DNA of 64,000 nt from Squalus acanthias (taxonomy: Eukaryota), in NCBI GenBank assembly GCA_030390025.1, contig CM059431.1:139192001-139256000 (forward strand), written 5' to 3'. The position numbers and the translations under genes are program-made. The notes beneath the pieces were generated by a model, which was not told the origin of the DNA, ran no database searches, and worked only from the letters and a program-made list of their open reading frames with translations. Positions 47,455 through 60,083 of this stretch are shown here, one piece after another. How positions within the stretch are numbered: position 1 is the first letter of the stretch; every line of letters begins with the position of its first letter.

Positions 47455-48960
47455 TAATTTCTGAAGGAAAATATCCTTTGTTACCTAGTTCATATCATTG
47501 AAGTACTACACAAATACACGGCGATTTCGCTACATTAACACTATAGTTGATTTTTCATGTCCTTAACTTCTGCTGCGGATCGTGATTCTGATTCCAGAGA
47601 GTCTGGGTAAATTAGCGTTGTGGATGCTGCAGGTTAATGAACACACCCTGAGTAAAGATCAGTTACACATCACAGTCATAAACAAGACATTCATGATGAT
47701 CAGTACAATCCCTCCCCGCCCTGTACTCTGGTGCAGAGCTCGATCAGAATCACACACGGTCTCATTCAAATTGCAACGTTCTGATAAATTACTGACGCTT
47801 TAACCAAAGTCATTAATCCTCTGCTTTGTAACAATGGCTACATTTCCCCACAGCTCTTCCATCTGCGGTTCAGAAGACCCCGCAGTGAAACCGTGTTCTG
47901 TAGCGGGAATAAGTTTCTTGTCCTCAATTAAATTTCATTATTCACCATAAAACCAGTTTATTATCGGAGCAGAAAAGGGCAAAGTGCGCAAGCGACAAAG
48001 TTCGCTGACTAAATTTAACGGAAAATAGTCTCTCATCAATGAGTAACAGTCTGGGCTTTGATCAGGCTGTTTACACCCATGAATATCAAGCTCCGGCTTC
48101 CAGTAACTGGAACTGACTCAGCCAATGTGTGCGGTAAACAAGTGATATTTCTGCTTCACCGGCCTGTTAACTTTTAGTGGTCGTGATTCATTTTCACATT
48201 TTCTTTCAATCTTTCTTTTAACAATTTGGCAGCGGATTAATATTATTATGAGATGGGAAAATCTGAAGATTCAATTAATTTCCCATTAGCAGTTGTATTT
48301 ATTATAAATATTGACATTTCGCACTACCTCTTGCGATTACTCAGTATCTCAATGATCTTCCTGCTTATCTGTGCTGTCGCTCCCAGTCTGTTACCGGCCC
48401 CCCTTGCTCCGTGCCTGAAATTCGTGTAATTAACCTTTCTGCTGCCCCAAAGGTGCTGTTCCTGGTCTTTAATGTTTGTTTCCATCCCGCACCGGTTCCA
48501 TTTATGTATTTCCGCTGTTTCCATTCCTATCAGCTCTGACTCTGTCCTAACTTCCCTTCCCTGCAACAGAGAACAGGGCGGGGAGAGATTGTATTAATCA
48601 GGCTGTAGGATGCACTTTCCATCCCACCTGCTCCATGCCTGAATGTCCCCCCGCATCTGTCTTTGCCTCCTGCTCTACAACCTTCCTCCACCTCTAACTA
48701 TCTGCCGCTAACCCTTTATTGTTCCCTATCTGCTGCAATCCTAATTTTACCCTTGGCCTTCCTTTCCTCCTGCTCCGTGCCCGATCCACTCACAGCTGTT
48801 CGCCCTCCAGCTCTATATCTGACTCTCCCTCTCCTTTCCTTTCCACCTACCCCATGCCTGATTGCCTTCCCTGCTTCATTCCCCATCCTGCTGCATGTCT
48901 GATTCTCCATCCACCGCAAACTATATATCAAAGCTATTCGACGTACTCTGGCGTCACAAT
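47455..48960 (-). promoter_or_regulatory. Duplicated candidate promoter/non-coding exon 1 region, copy A (donor mutated)
   Basis: Colinear with 51195-52760; GC box at 47711-47721; the donor position reads AAG|TTAAG at 47566-47562. Confidence 0.5.
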
Positions 48961-49169
48961 CAGTCTACGTACAATCCAAAAGCTCATCCAATGTTATCTT
49001 CACCGAATGTTGCTACAAGTTCGAGAAATGCTGCCTACCGTAATGAAGTAGCTTTGCCCAGCGGGCTAATGTTTTCGTACATATTCCTTTCTGGTTCGTC
49101 ACTCATCTCCATGCGAAGAATTCCACTTGTCTATTTCATAGTTTCAGTAGGTTAGGGTCTCAATCTAAC

Positions 49170-50690
49170 GTTCAGTATCTCCCTCCATTCTTGATTCCCC
49201 GAGCGGAGGCAATAGTTGCTCTCTATCTACCCTATCGAAACTTTTTAACATGTTAAACACCTCGGTCAGAGCGCCACTCAATTTTCTATACTCAAGCGAA
49301 TAAAAACCAACTTTATGCAAGCTGTCAATCTGAGTGCAAGCCAATGATCCCCACTGTGTCTCCTTCCTCCCTCATAATGTTAACCCAAGTCAAAAGGCTG
49401 CCTCCATTTTAATGCTCTCTCATTTTGCGAATTACCTTTGGTATGGAACCTTATCGAATGCCTTCTGACAGTCTACATCGGTAACATCCATAGGCACTCA
49501 TTTGTCTACCTTATAAGACGTTAAAACGAGGCCCCGTCTGCTCTCTCAGGTGGACCTTAAAGATCCTATGGCACTATTTCGAAGAAGAGCAGTGGAGTTA
49601 TCTCCGGTGTCCTGGCCAATATTTATCCCTCAATCAACATAACAAAAAAAGATTATCTGGTCATAATCACATTGCTGTTAGTGGGAGCTTGTTGTGCGCA
49701 TATTGGCTGCCGCATTTCCCACGTTACAACAGTGACTCCACTTCAAAAATACTTCATTGAGTGTAAAGCGTTTTGAAACGTCTGGTGGTCGTGAAAGGCG
49801 CTATATAAATACAAGTCTTTCTTTCTTTTTTATAAGTGATAGCCTCAAAATATTCAACTAGATTAGTCAGACATGGATTACCTTTAATAAAGCCATGCAG
49901 GTCCTCCCTGATCAGCTTCTTTTTGCTCAAATGCTCCGTCAATCTATCCTTAATGAACGATTCCAGTAGCTTCCCCTCAACCGGCGTTAAACTGACATAC
50001 ATATAGTTACCCAATTTTTCTATCTCACCCATCTTAAATAACGGAGTGACGATAGCAATTTCCAGTCAAATGGCACCTTCCAGAATCAAGAAAGCTGTGA
50101 AAGATTCTAACTCGTGCTTCGGCAGTTTCCACCCTACTTCTTTTAATACGCTTGGGTACAAATCATTGGGTCCTAGAGTTGTATCTATCCTAAGTCCCAT
50201 TATTTTATCCATCAACATTTTTACTATTCTGAATACAGGAAGTTCCTCCACTTGATTTAATTTTAGTTTCCCTCTATCACTGATACTTTGTCCTTTTCAG
50301 CTACTGTGAAAATGGATAAAAAGAATTCGTTAAATAAATCTGCTGTTACCTTGTTAGCTATTACCGTATCATCATTGTCTGTCATTAATGGGCCCACATC
50401 TGCCTCAGACACTCTCTTAATCTTTATATATGTACACAATTGTTTTACGATTAGCATTAATATTACTTGCAATGTTTTGTTCTATTTCCATTTTCAGCTC
50501 TTAATATTTTCTTTGTGTCCTTTGTCGTTTTCTATATTTCTCCCAGTCTTCTGGATTAACGCTTTTCTTGGTATTAGCGTGAGTCACTTCCTTTGACATT
50601 TTACTGCTTCTCACCTCAAACGCTGACCATGGTTGTTGGACTGTACAATTGGAATTCTAGCTCTTTAGGGATATGTTTTGGTTGACCAGC
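49170..50690 (-). mobile_element. Decayed CR1 ORF2 fragments
   Basis: GNYMYVSLTPVEGKLLESFIKD...HGFIKGNPCLTNLVEYFE; interrupted by a SINE. Confidence 0.8.
49518..49829 (+). mobile_element. 5'-truncated Deu-domain SINE (SacSINE1/AmnSINE1-like)
   Basis: Deu core GATCCTATGGCACTATTTCGAAGAAGAGCAG...GTGTCCTGGCCAATATTTATCCCTCAA, 3' GTGAAAGGCGCTATATAAAT and (CTTT)n tail; TSD TTATAAG at 49511-49517 and 49830-49836. Confidence 0.85.
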
Positions 50691-51194
50691 TATGTCCTAT
50701 CCTCAAAATTAATATCAGATTGAATCCAGCCAATTCCCGCCCCACCAGCCCCCTCACAATGATCAGCAAAGTGATGGATGGACTCATCGATAGCGCCATC
50801 AAACAACAGTCATTCATCAATAACCTGCTCAGAGACGCTCTGTTCCGGTAATGCCTGAAATACTCGGATCCCTACTTGTTCTCAAATGCAAGAGTTAAAT
50901 ACCAGAGCAGAGGTGACCGTAAATCCCCTCGATAATAAGGTGCTATTTGACTAGTTTTGGCACCAAGGAGCCCGAGGATCCTGAGGTCAATGTGGGTCAG
51001 CGGTAAAGCTCCCGTGGCTGGAAAACTTGGATTTCGGTGATGGTTAATCTGACTGTTTTATGTAGAAGACTCGACCTCATAGCTGTGTTACAAATGGGAA
51101 ATATATGTTTTAATACTGTTTACTGCTGTATAATTTTAGCGTGGGAGTTTCCACTTTGAGGTTTTATTTTCTTAGGTGGCGCTGCATCCAGTAA

Positions 51195-52760
51195 GTAAAT
51201 TTCTGAAATAAACTATCCTTTCATACTTTACTCAAAATAGATACTACAGCATTTCAATATCATTGAAAAATTACACAAATAAACAAGATGCTGAGTCCAC
51301 TCCGGTACATTTCAACAGTATAATTGTGCTCAGTACATTCCGGGTCCTTACCTTGTGCTGCGGCTCCTGATTCTGGTTCCAGAAAGTCTGGGTAAGTTAG
51401 CGTTGTGTGTTCTGCAGGTTAATGAACACACCCTGGGTAAAGATCAGTTACACATCACAATCATAAACCAGACCTTTAGCCTGATCAGTCCAATCCCTCC
51501 CCGCCCTGTTTTCTGGTGCAGGGTTCGATCTGAATCACACACGGTTTTATTCGAATTGAATTGTTCTGATGGAATACTGATCCTTTAACCAAAGTCATTA
51601 ATATTCGTTTTGACAACAATGACTACGTCTTTCCCCCCCCCCCCTCCCGCCACTCCAATCTCCTCCATCTGCGGTTCAGAAGACCCTGCGGAGAGACTGC
51701 GTTCCGTAGCAGGAATCACTTTCGTGTCTCAATTCGATTTGCTGACTCCCCATAAATCCTCTCTATTATCGGAGTATAAAAGGGCACAGATAGCAAGGGA
51801 CAAAGATCACTGTTAGTTTATTGGGATCATACACCAGAGGGAAGGGCACTGTGAACTATTGGAGTTAACACGTTAATGTTTTGGAATTACCTTCCCTTTC
51901 GATCATTAGCTTTTTCTTTGACCCGGTTCTAACTCTGTGTAAATGTAGTTCATTAGGATCCTGGCTCTATTAATCTGGGTATCCGGCTTTTTACAATGTT
52001 CACCTGATCTTGATTGACATGGAGTTCAGAATTCCCGTCACATGACCAGTTACAGGTTAGTTTTCAATGATGGTCATTTATCAGCAACAAAGAAACGATT
52101 ATAAAATCCGGGAGATGATCTCCAGTTAATTAGTAACAGTCTCGGCCTTGATCAGGTTGTTCACACCCAGGGGTATCAGTCTCCGGGTTTCACTTACTGG
52201 AACTGAATCAGCAAATGTGTTCGGTAAACAAGCGAACCGTCCGTATCATTGGCCAGTTAACTTTTATTGGTGGTGCTGTAAATTTCCATTTAATTTCCTT
52301 TCAAAAAGGGGGCAGCAAATTCAATTCATTATGAGACTGAGTAACTCTGAAAATTAAATCAATTTCCTAATTATAATTTGCATTTAACATAAATAATATA
52401 AACTTTATAAAATATATCCCGACTCCTCTGGGTCTGATTCCCCTTCCTCCTTCTCCGTGCCGCTCCTTCCGGTGCTTCATCTCTGGTTCCCCACCTATTC
52501 TGTTCCTGATGTTTCCTTCCCTCCCCCACCTGCTACAATCCTAATTCTCCCCTTTGCCTTCCTTTCCTCCTGCATGGTTCCTTATTCAGCCCCTGCATCC
52601 GTTCACCCACCGGCTCTTTATCTGATGCTCCCTGTCTTTCCTTTTCCATCTCCTCTATACCTGATTATCTTCCTTGCTTCCCTCTCCATCTTCATGTCTG
52701 ATTCCCCATTCAGCACAAAGGACACATCAAAGCTATTCAAATTACTCCAGCGTCACACTA
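51195..52760 (-). promoter_or_regulatory. Duplicated candidate promoter/non-coding exon 1 region, copy B (intact donor)
   Basis: GC box at 51496-51506 next to CCAAT at 51490-51494; consensus donor AAG|GTAAG at 51351-51347 oriented toward B3GALT5. Confidence 0.55.
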
Positions 52761-53802
52761 ATGATATGGGATCAGTTGGGAAAGTGGAATTGAAATCGAA
52801 GATCAACCAATTATCTTATTTAATGGCGGAGAGGGTTCGAAGGGCCGTATGGCTTATTTCTGCTCCTAATTCTTATGTTCTATATAATATTCGGAACAAT
52901 ATTAAAAATGATACGTTTTCTAATCTTTCCTTGGCTGTTGTTATCGCTACAAACTAAAATACGTATTCAATACAGATTTGCGTCTATAGAGCAGGAAGAT
53001 TCCCTTTACATGGAACGATGCTATCACCATGTTGCTCACAGTAGTATTTGACAGAGTGCGCCTGTTTCTATTGACTTGTCCAGGCAGCAGTGGGTTGTAA
53101 ATCTAGTTATAGTGATTCTTCATGGAACTTTGAAATGCAATGTGTGGTTAAATCGCCTAACGTTTCTGCAATTTTATCAAACTTCGGAATGAATTTTTGT
53201 CCATGCAGCAACATCTCAATTTTATCTCAAATATCTGACAATTTCCTTTTGCATTTATTACCTGCACTATCTATCAATCATAGTTACATAAATCTTTCAA
53301 TATTGGTGTAATTCAAAAAAATATATTACTCTGGATTCAGAAACAGGGTGAAAAACGTAATTTCATTTTCGATTATGAGCTTTCAACTTTTGATCAACAA
53401 TCGTGATTTCTCGTTCATATTGAAAAAGGCAAACATTACAGTTAAGAGCTGAGTTCCCAATGTTTTGTATCATTAGGAAATTTACCGGGAGACACGTGCT
53501 CTATTCCACATGGCCCAGAAACTGTATGAAGTGGCGGCTGAAGGTGAGACCCGCATCTGTAGAAATTTACCGAGGCAGGAGGGCAAATTACGTCATTGGT
53601 TCTGCGCTAACGGAAACTTGATTTGACAATTTATCTGTTAAATTTAAATTGCTGGGCATATGTTAGAAGGCAATTGTCTCTTTTTCTCAAGAATGTTATT
53701 CCACCAATACATCTCGTTAGTGTCTATTCAAATGCCACCTTAGGGAGAAAGGTACAAATTGTTCGCTCTGAAATTGAGGTGTAATAACCCAGCGGCAATG
53801 AC

Positions 53803-55200
53803 GACATAGAAGCATAGAATAGTACAGCATTGAAGGAGGCCGTTCTGTCCATCCAGTCTGCGCTGGCTCTTTCGAATAGCAATCCAGTTAGTCCCATTCC
53901 TCCAATCTTTCCCCATATCCCTGCAATGTTTTCTCCTTCAAGTATTTATCGAATTTGCTTTTGAAAGCTATTATTGAATCTGATTCCACCACCATATCAG
54001 GAAGTGCATCCCAAATGCAACCGAAACATTGTGTAATAAAGTTTTTCCTCATGATGCCTCTGGTTCTTTTGCCAATCACCTCAAATCTGTTGCCTTTTGT
54101 TATCGACCCTTCAGCCACTGAAAACCGTTTCTCTTTGTTCTCTCTATCTAATCCCTTCGTGATTTTAAACATCAGTATCTAATCTCCACTTAACCTTCTG
54201 TGTTCTTAGGACAACAATCCCAGCTTTTCCAGTCTATCCACGTAGCTCTAATCCCTCATTCCTGGAACTATTCTAGTAAATCTCTTCTGTACCCTCCCGA
54301 AATCCTTCATGTCCTTCCTAAATTGTGGTGCTCAGCATTAGACACAATACTCCAGCTGGGAAGGGGTGGGGTTCGAAATAACCTTTTATATAGGATTAGC
54401 GCACTTCTTGCCTTTTGTATCCATTGCCTCTACTTATAAAGCCCAGGATACTATAGGCTCTATTAACTGCTTTACTAACTTGTCCTGCCACCTTCAAACA
54501 TTTGTACTCAAAGATCCCCTGGTCTCTCTATTCTTGCACCCCATTTAAAATTGTATCATTTAGCCAAAATTGTCTCTCCCCAATCTACCAACCAAAATAT
54601 AGCCGGTCACACTTGTCTGCGTTGAAGTTAATCTGTCATGTGTTCGCACATTCCACCAGCATAACTATGCCCTGTTGAAGTTCATTTCACTAATCCTCAT
54701 TCTTTACTACGCTTCCAAGTTTCGTGTCACTTGCAAATTTCGAAATTGTGCCCTGTACCCTTAATTTTAAGTCATTGATATTTATCAAAAACAGCAGTGG
54801 TCCCAGTACTGAATCTTGGGGAAGACCAGTGTATTCTTCCCTCAAGTCCGAAAAAAGCAGCTATTCACCACAACACTCCGTTTTCTATCCTTTAGACAAT
54901 GTTATATCCATGCTGCTAATGCCTGTTTTATCCCAAGGCCTTCAATTTTGCGATCAAGCCAATTATGTGGTGCATTCATCAAACGCTTATCATCAACTCA
55001 CCCTCATCCACCCACTCTGTTAGCTAATCAAAAAACTCAATCAAGTTAGTAAAACACGAATTGCCCTCAACAAATCCGCACTGACTCTCCTTTATTAGTC
55101 CTTGCTTGTCCAGTTGGCTGGTAATGTTCTTGCGAATTACTGTTTCTAAACATATCCCCTCCATCGACGTTAAACTGACTGGCCTATAATTGTCAGATTT
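53803..55200 (-). mobile_element. CR1 LINE 3' fragment
   Basis: DNYRPVSLTS...CFTNLIEFFD and FKITKGLDR...IWDALPD motifs; tail at ~53805-53820. Confidence 0.9.
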
Positions 55201-55289
55201 CTTTAGACGAAAGTCAAGGAGATTGAGAGAATAGAACGACCCCCGCTCGGTGTTCTGGTCAGTTATAGCTACACACAATGGTAAAGGTT

Positions 55290-56369
55290 CCCGTGTGACT
55301 GGGTGGCAGGAGGATCCGTGGTCGGGCCGGCGTGAACCGAATAGATTTGACACTTGAAGTTCAAATTAAGAGTGTTCTAAGTCAGCAGAATGGGTTGTTA
55401 GGACGAGAAATGAAAGATCAACTCCAGGCCGTCCTTTCATTTATGGAATTGACACATGAGGATAAGGAAGTCGTGGAACAACTAAATGCTGTTAAACATA
55501 ATCAGGATAAAATAACTGGCAATATTACAAATGCCGTGGCATGTGCTATCTCTCTGGCATATTGGGAAAACGCAGTTAGTATAAGTTTGAGGGATCTCTG
55601 TGAACTTCGCCTCCCAGAATGTGTTCCCCACTCCGCCTCGGATGGATGTTTGGGAACACGGCTCCATACTTGTCCGGCTGGACAGTTTGTTCATGCCTAC
55701 CCGCTTCGAAGTTCCTGAAAAAAATTCGAGAGATACTAACCGTATTCCTCCGTTGGTTTGTTGATAAAGAAGGAGAACCGGTTCCACTTGTTTTGAGTAC
55801 AGTCCATTGGGCAAGTCGAGGATGGTCGCTTGTATAGATCAGAGACCCATCCCACTACTTGGAAAGTGGAGAGAAGGAATGGGGAACTGTAGGACTTACA
55901 GGATGTGAGTGAGACGGGAATACTTGATTATGTGGATGTGACGTCATCAAAGACCAGGCGTGTGGTTACACATTGCCTCTCAGTGCCCGGTCTGTAAGAT
56001 ATTCCTAATGTCGAACTAAGAAGGGACAAGTATAGGAGGATTGTCGCCTTTGGCCATCCGATACTCTCGCTCTCCTTTGATTTAAAGTCGGTTCAGCATC
56101 GGACTGCTCCGTCCCATGAACAGCTGTTCCACAGGCAGAAAATAATACCAGAACCAAACAGGAGAATCAACAGATTCCCATTCATGGTGGGAAATGATGT
56201 ATAACGCCGATCAACAGATATGGTATCGCCGACTGTCAGAATCTCAAATCACTGGCCAGAGCGCGCTGGAGGGATTTTACTCGCCTTAGCCTGGTGGATC
56301 AGACGGGCGATAAGGCGGCTAAACGAGAGAGCTAACGTACATGAAATGGCAACACGACTCAAAATGTAA
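55290..56369 (+). pseudogene. Decayed retroviral envelope/fusion glycoprotein-like gene
   Basis: Across frameshifts: VAGGSVVG/VNRIDL, helical ectodomain ...GNITNAVAC...YWENAVSISLRDL..LRLP, Cys cluster WGTVGLTGC...LCGCDVIKDQACG, SHSWWEMMYN, GGILLALAWWIRR, short tail ending TAA at 56367-56369. Confidence 0.6.
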
Positions 56370-57072
56370 TCTTCTTATAATCGTATAATTTTATAATAAT
56401 ATATATATATATATGTGTCATCAGGCTTCAATGCCAATGTTTGCACGCGGTTGCATAACATTTTCACGGGATGTGCAATGATGTCTCGTGCCTGAATGGT
56501 GAGATTGACAGGGCCCGACTTCAAGCGATGGAAAGTCAGTAATGCTGCTCAACAATTCCGTGAGGCTCCACAGGAAGTAGATATAAGAAAGTTTTCCATT
56601 TTTTCATCTCGCCCTGCCTGTTTACGCAAGTTAAAATGCCCTTGTGTCATACTAGCGGAGCTTGCAGGTTCCTGTTTGGGAACTAACTGAGCTTGTTGTT
56701 GCGCGAGCCTGAAACTTACAGGTAACAGCTGGTGAACAACATACGGTTAGGGGCAAGGGCAGAGAGTACTAATTAGACCCCAGCACATTGTGTATAATTA
56801 TAGGGCGAGTGGTCAGTGGGGCGGGGGGTGGGGGGTTCCTGATCAACCACCTTCGATTCGCAGTCTGATCAGTTCGCGATCCACGGTAGTCAGGTTGTAT
56901 AATTGTTCAGTTATCATACTAACATTGTTAACGTTACTTAACTTCAATAAACTTAATCTTTGTACGGAACCTCGCCATCACAAATTTACATTCTGGCGTC
57001 CCTGGGTGGACTACAGATTTCAGAGTGTTAGCGAGTTCTAGGCCCTTATTACATCACGTGTGACTAAACTTT

Positions 57073-57258
57073 GGCCTAGAAATTCGTCTCTGGCGGTGTC
57101 GAAAAACGGGCGGTATCGGATCGGTCGCCCGTTATACGCAATGCCTGATATTCAGTTCCATTGACTGCACTAGAACTGAACCTCAGGCTCTTCTTATAAA
57201 GGGCGGCCGATCCGATATCGCACGTTTCTTGCCACCGTCCGAGAAGAATTTATAACCC
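57073..57258. mobile_element. Palindromic MITE, second copy of the 7570-7755 family
   Basis: GGCCTAGAAATTCGTCTC ... GAGAAGAATTTATAACCC; internal sequence colinear with copy 1. Confidence 0.8.
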
Positions 57259-58495
57259 CTTGTGTTCCGACCAAGAAGCGGCAGCGAGCAGCAGCTGCTG
57301 CTCTGGAGCGGTGCCCGTATCCCATTGGGTTTGGCTGTGCAGAGTCTCGGCTCCCGGAAGTGCAGAATTTCGAAGGCCAGATGTGAAGTTGAAGAATTTA
57401 TTGTCTCCTGGCCGGTGCCGGTATCTTAATCTCAGGGCCCGGAGTGGTTATTGCCGATCAGAGGAGAGCATCTGAGGGAGGCAGTGGGAGAGGTGCAGAA
57501 TATTTGAACTGTCGCAAGCTAATATGGGAAGCCCCAGTCCGGTACTCCCAAAAAAACAGGCGATTCAGTAGGAACTGGAGCTCCCGGTAAAGGAAAATAA
57601 CTGGGTTAACAATGGCATTATTTGGGGAAATATCGGATGATCGAGTTCACCTCACGGAGCTGTAGCCGCAGGAGTGAAACCGCAGGTAAACTCTGATGGT
57701 TATGAGAGCCCCAATGGGAGACACACCGGATCCTGTTCGTCAAATAGGTAGTTACCGTGTCTCTAATAATGTGTTCAGGCCTGTCGATTCAGAGAGGATT
57801 ACAGATATCTGCACATACTAAAATCAAATGTAAGCATTATTTCTGACAGACCTGAAAATCAACAAAGCAGCGACATTCGCCAACAGTAAGAGGATTATCT
57901 CACTACATTCCAAAATCAGACAACCTTACCTAGCGCAGGACACAGCAACCACAGCCCACACTCTCTGTCCGGGGAACTGTGGCTCTTCATTGGAGGTTTC
58001 GCGCGGATCATCTTCTAGGTGGAAACTCACTATTTTAGTACCTTTCTTTATCACTGTGTCCATGGGTATGTGACTGTCAGCATTTCACACCAGTTGTTTC
58101 CCTTACAGTCCCCACACTCTTTGATTCACAGGAGATGCCAAATCAGATGTTTCTCTTCCTGCAGCGTAGCAACTCAACTTATCCTCCTTATCCTAACACC
58201 ATGTCGCCCAGCACATACTCTTATGTAGCTGGTCATCCGTCTCTGACTGGGAACTCTCAGCTCTGAAGTATCTTCCTCAACGATATCACTCTTTAGACAC
58301 GAACGTGTTTGTTCCTAGCTCTGTTCACCGTCATGTTCTGACACTGGGTTTCCCTACTGTGTCAAGGCAAAAAACAGAGTCGTTTGTCTCCTGCTTTCAT
58401 TTCTCCTTATGGATGACAAACCTATTGAACTGAAATTTCCCCTGTCACACACATTTACAATAGTGGCTCTTTCTTCTAGTATGCTTCGATGTGGT

Positions 58496-58940
58496 GTTAG
58501 AATATCGTGTTAACAGACAGGAGCTGGGAATGAGCATCACTACACTCCCCCAGATATAGAGTTAGACTATCATGTTAACATACAGGAGTTGGAAATGAGC
58601 ATCACTGCACTCCCACAGATATAGAGTTAGACTGTCGTGTTAACAGACAGGAGCTGAGAATGATCACTACTGCACTCCCGCAGATATAGTGTTAGACTAT
58701 CGTGTTAACAGACAGGAGCTGGGAATGAGCATCACTGCACTCCCGCAGATATAGAGTTATACTATCGTGTTAGCAGACGAGCTGGGAATGATCATCACTG
58801 CACTCCAGCAGATATAGAGTTAGACTATCGTGTTAACAGACAGGAGCTGGGAATGACCATCACGACACTCCCGCAGATTTAGAGTTAGACTATCGTGTTA
58901 ACAGGAGCTGGGAATAATCATCACAACACTCCCACAGCTA
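58496..58940. repeat. 65-bp minisatellite, about 6.7 copies
   Basis: GTTAGACTATCGTGTTAACAGACAGGAGCTGGGAATGAGCATCACTGCACTCCCGCAGATATAGA at 58561, 58626, 58691, 58756 etc. Confidence 0.93.
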
Positions 58941-59185
58941 AGTGTTAATGAACATTTATGAACCTACACTAATTCCGCTACAGGATCCCTGCTGGTGTGA
59001 CTGCTGCCCTGGTGAACATAGCAAGTAGTCGTTAACTTCATCAGGTTTTATTTTACTTTATTTATATATTTTCCAAACATCTCCCATTTTGAGATTACCA
59101 GAAAGAAGGACGCTCTTAAACAGAAAACCAGTTGAAATTTCGCTTTAGTTACGAGAGGAATATTTGGTTTGACTTAATGTTTTTC

Positions 59186-60083
59186 TCATCTTTTAACAAA
59201 TTGGAGTATTAGTTTTCAGGGAGATTTTAGCACATTCTTCAACTCTTCTCTGAATTTCCTCTGGTTAGCTGCATAAATACATGTGTTTGTGCAAGAACTC
59301 AAATACATGAGCAGGTACCCGCTTTCGGTGGCGATATATCCAGGATTTGAGTCATCGCCTTGGTAATAAACGGTGCTTGACAGCCTGGTGGCTGCAAAAC
59401 TCCCGACAGCTGTCAGCCACGAGAGTATAAACCTGACCGATATAGTGAAGAGTAAAATAATGGATTTCCATCGTTTCTCCATCTCTGTATCGCTCTGATT
59501 CTCACTGCTGTGACCCCGGAGTCCCCTGCGGGCTCTACTCGCCACTAAAATGCGTCTGACGGTCAAAGAATTAAACAGGGCCATGAAAGCGAAGGGGAGC
59601 AATGGGACTGATAGAGTCTGGATCCAGCTGTATACTGACCATGCGGGTAATGTAAAAACGTCCACAGTTGTCCGACAACCCCACTGCACATTGTTAATTA
59701 TTTGTTCAGCTTCATATTAAAACAAGATAGGGAGACCCTTTAAATAGGTCAGGACAGAGACCGTTACTATAACCGCGGTGGCGGTTCGCTCGATGCAATA
59801 CTTCGCTTTAAATCCCTGACAGCAGATCGCCACAAATCGGTCAAATGTGAAGGAGATTGTAAACCACACCGACATATCCAGGTTGGCAAAGGTTAGATAT
59901 AGAAGGAACATACAAACGGCAGTGTAGGACAGGAATGAATATGGATAGTTATAATCAAATACACTATTACGTTTATGATCATGACCAGTAGATCTGCTGT
60001 TGCCATGGCCAACATGTATACAGAGATACACTTGGAAAGCTCGCAGTTTCCTCGGGAGAGAATCACAATTGTCAATACGTTTG
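59186..60083 (-). pseudogene. GPR139/GPR142-like GPCR pseudogene (exon 2)
   Basis: TIVILSRGNCELSKC, MATADL, FTFDRFVAIC, SSCTNTCIYA; frameshift near 59950, in-frame TAA at 59719-59717, TGA at 59218-59216, acceptor reads TTACAA instead of AG. Confidence 0.9.

Noticed and set aside
47582..47803. Plus-strand ORFs MILIPESLGKL... repeated at 51355-51588
   Set aside because: GTG starts, no recognisable domain; similarity is explained by the DNA duplication. A small coding exon cannot be fully excluded.
57260..57700. GC-rich stretch with short ORFs
   Set aside because: No recognisable motif, splice pattern or second copy; left unannotated.
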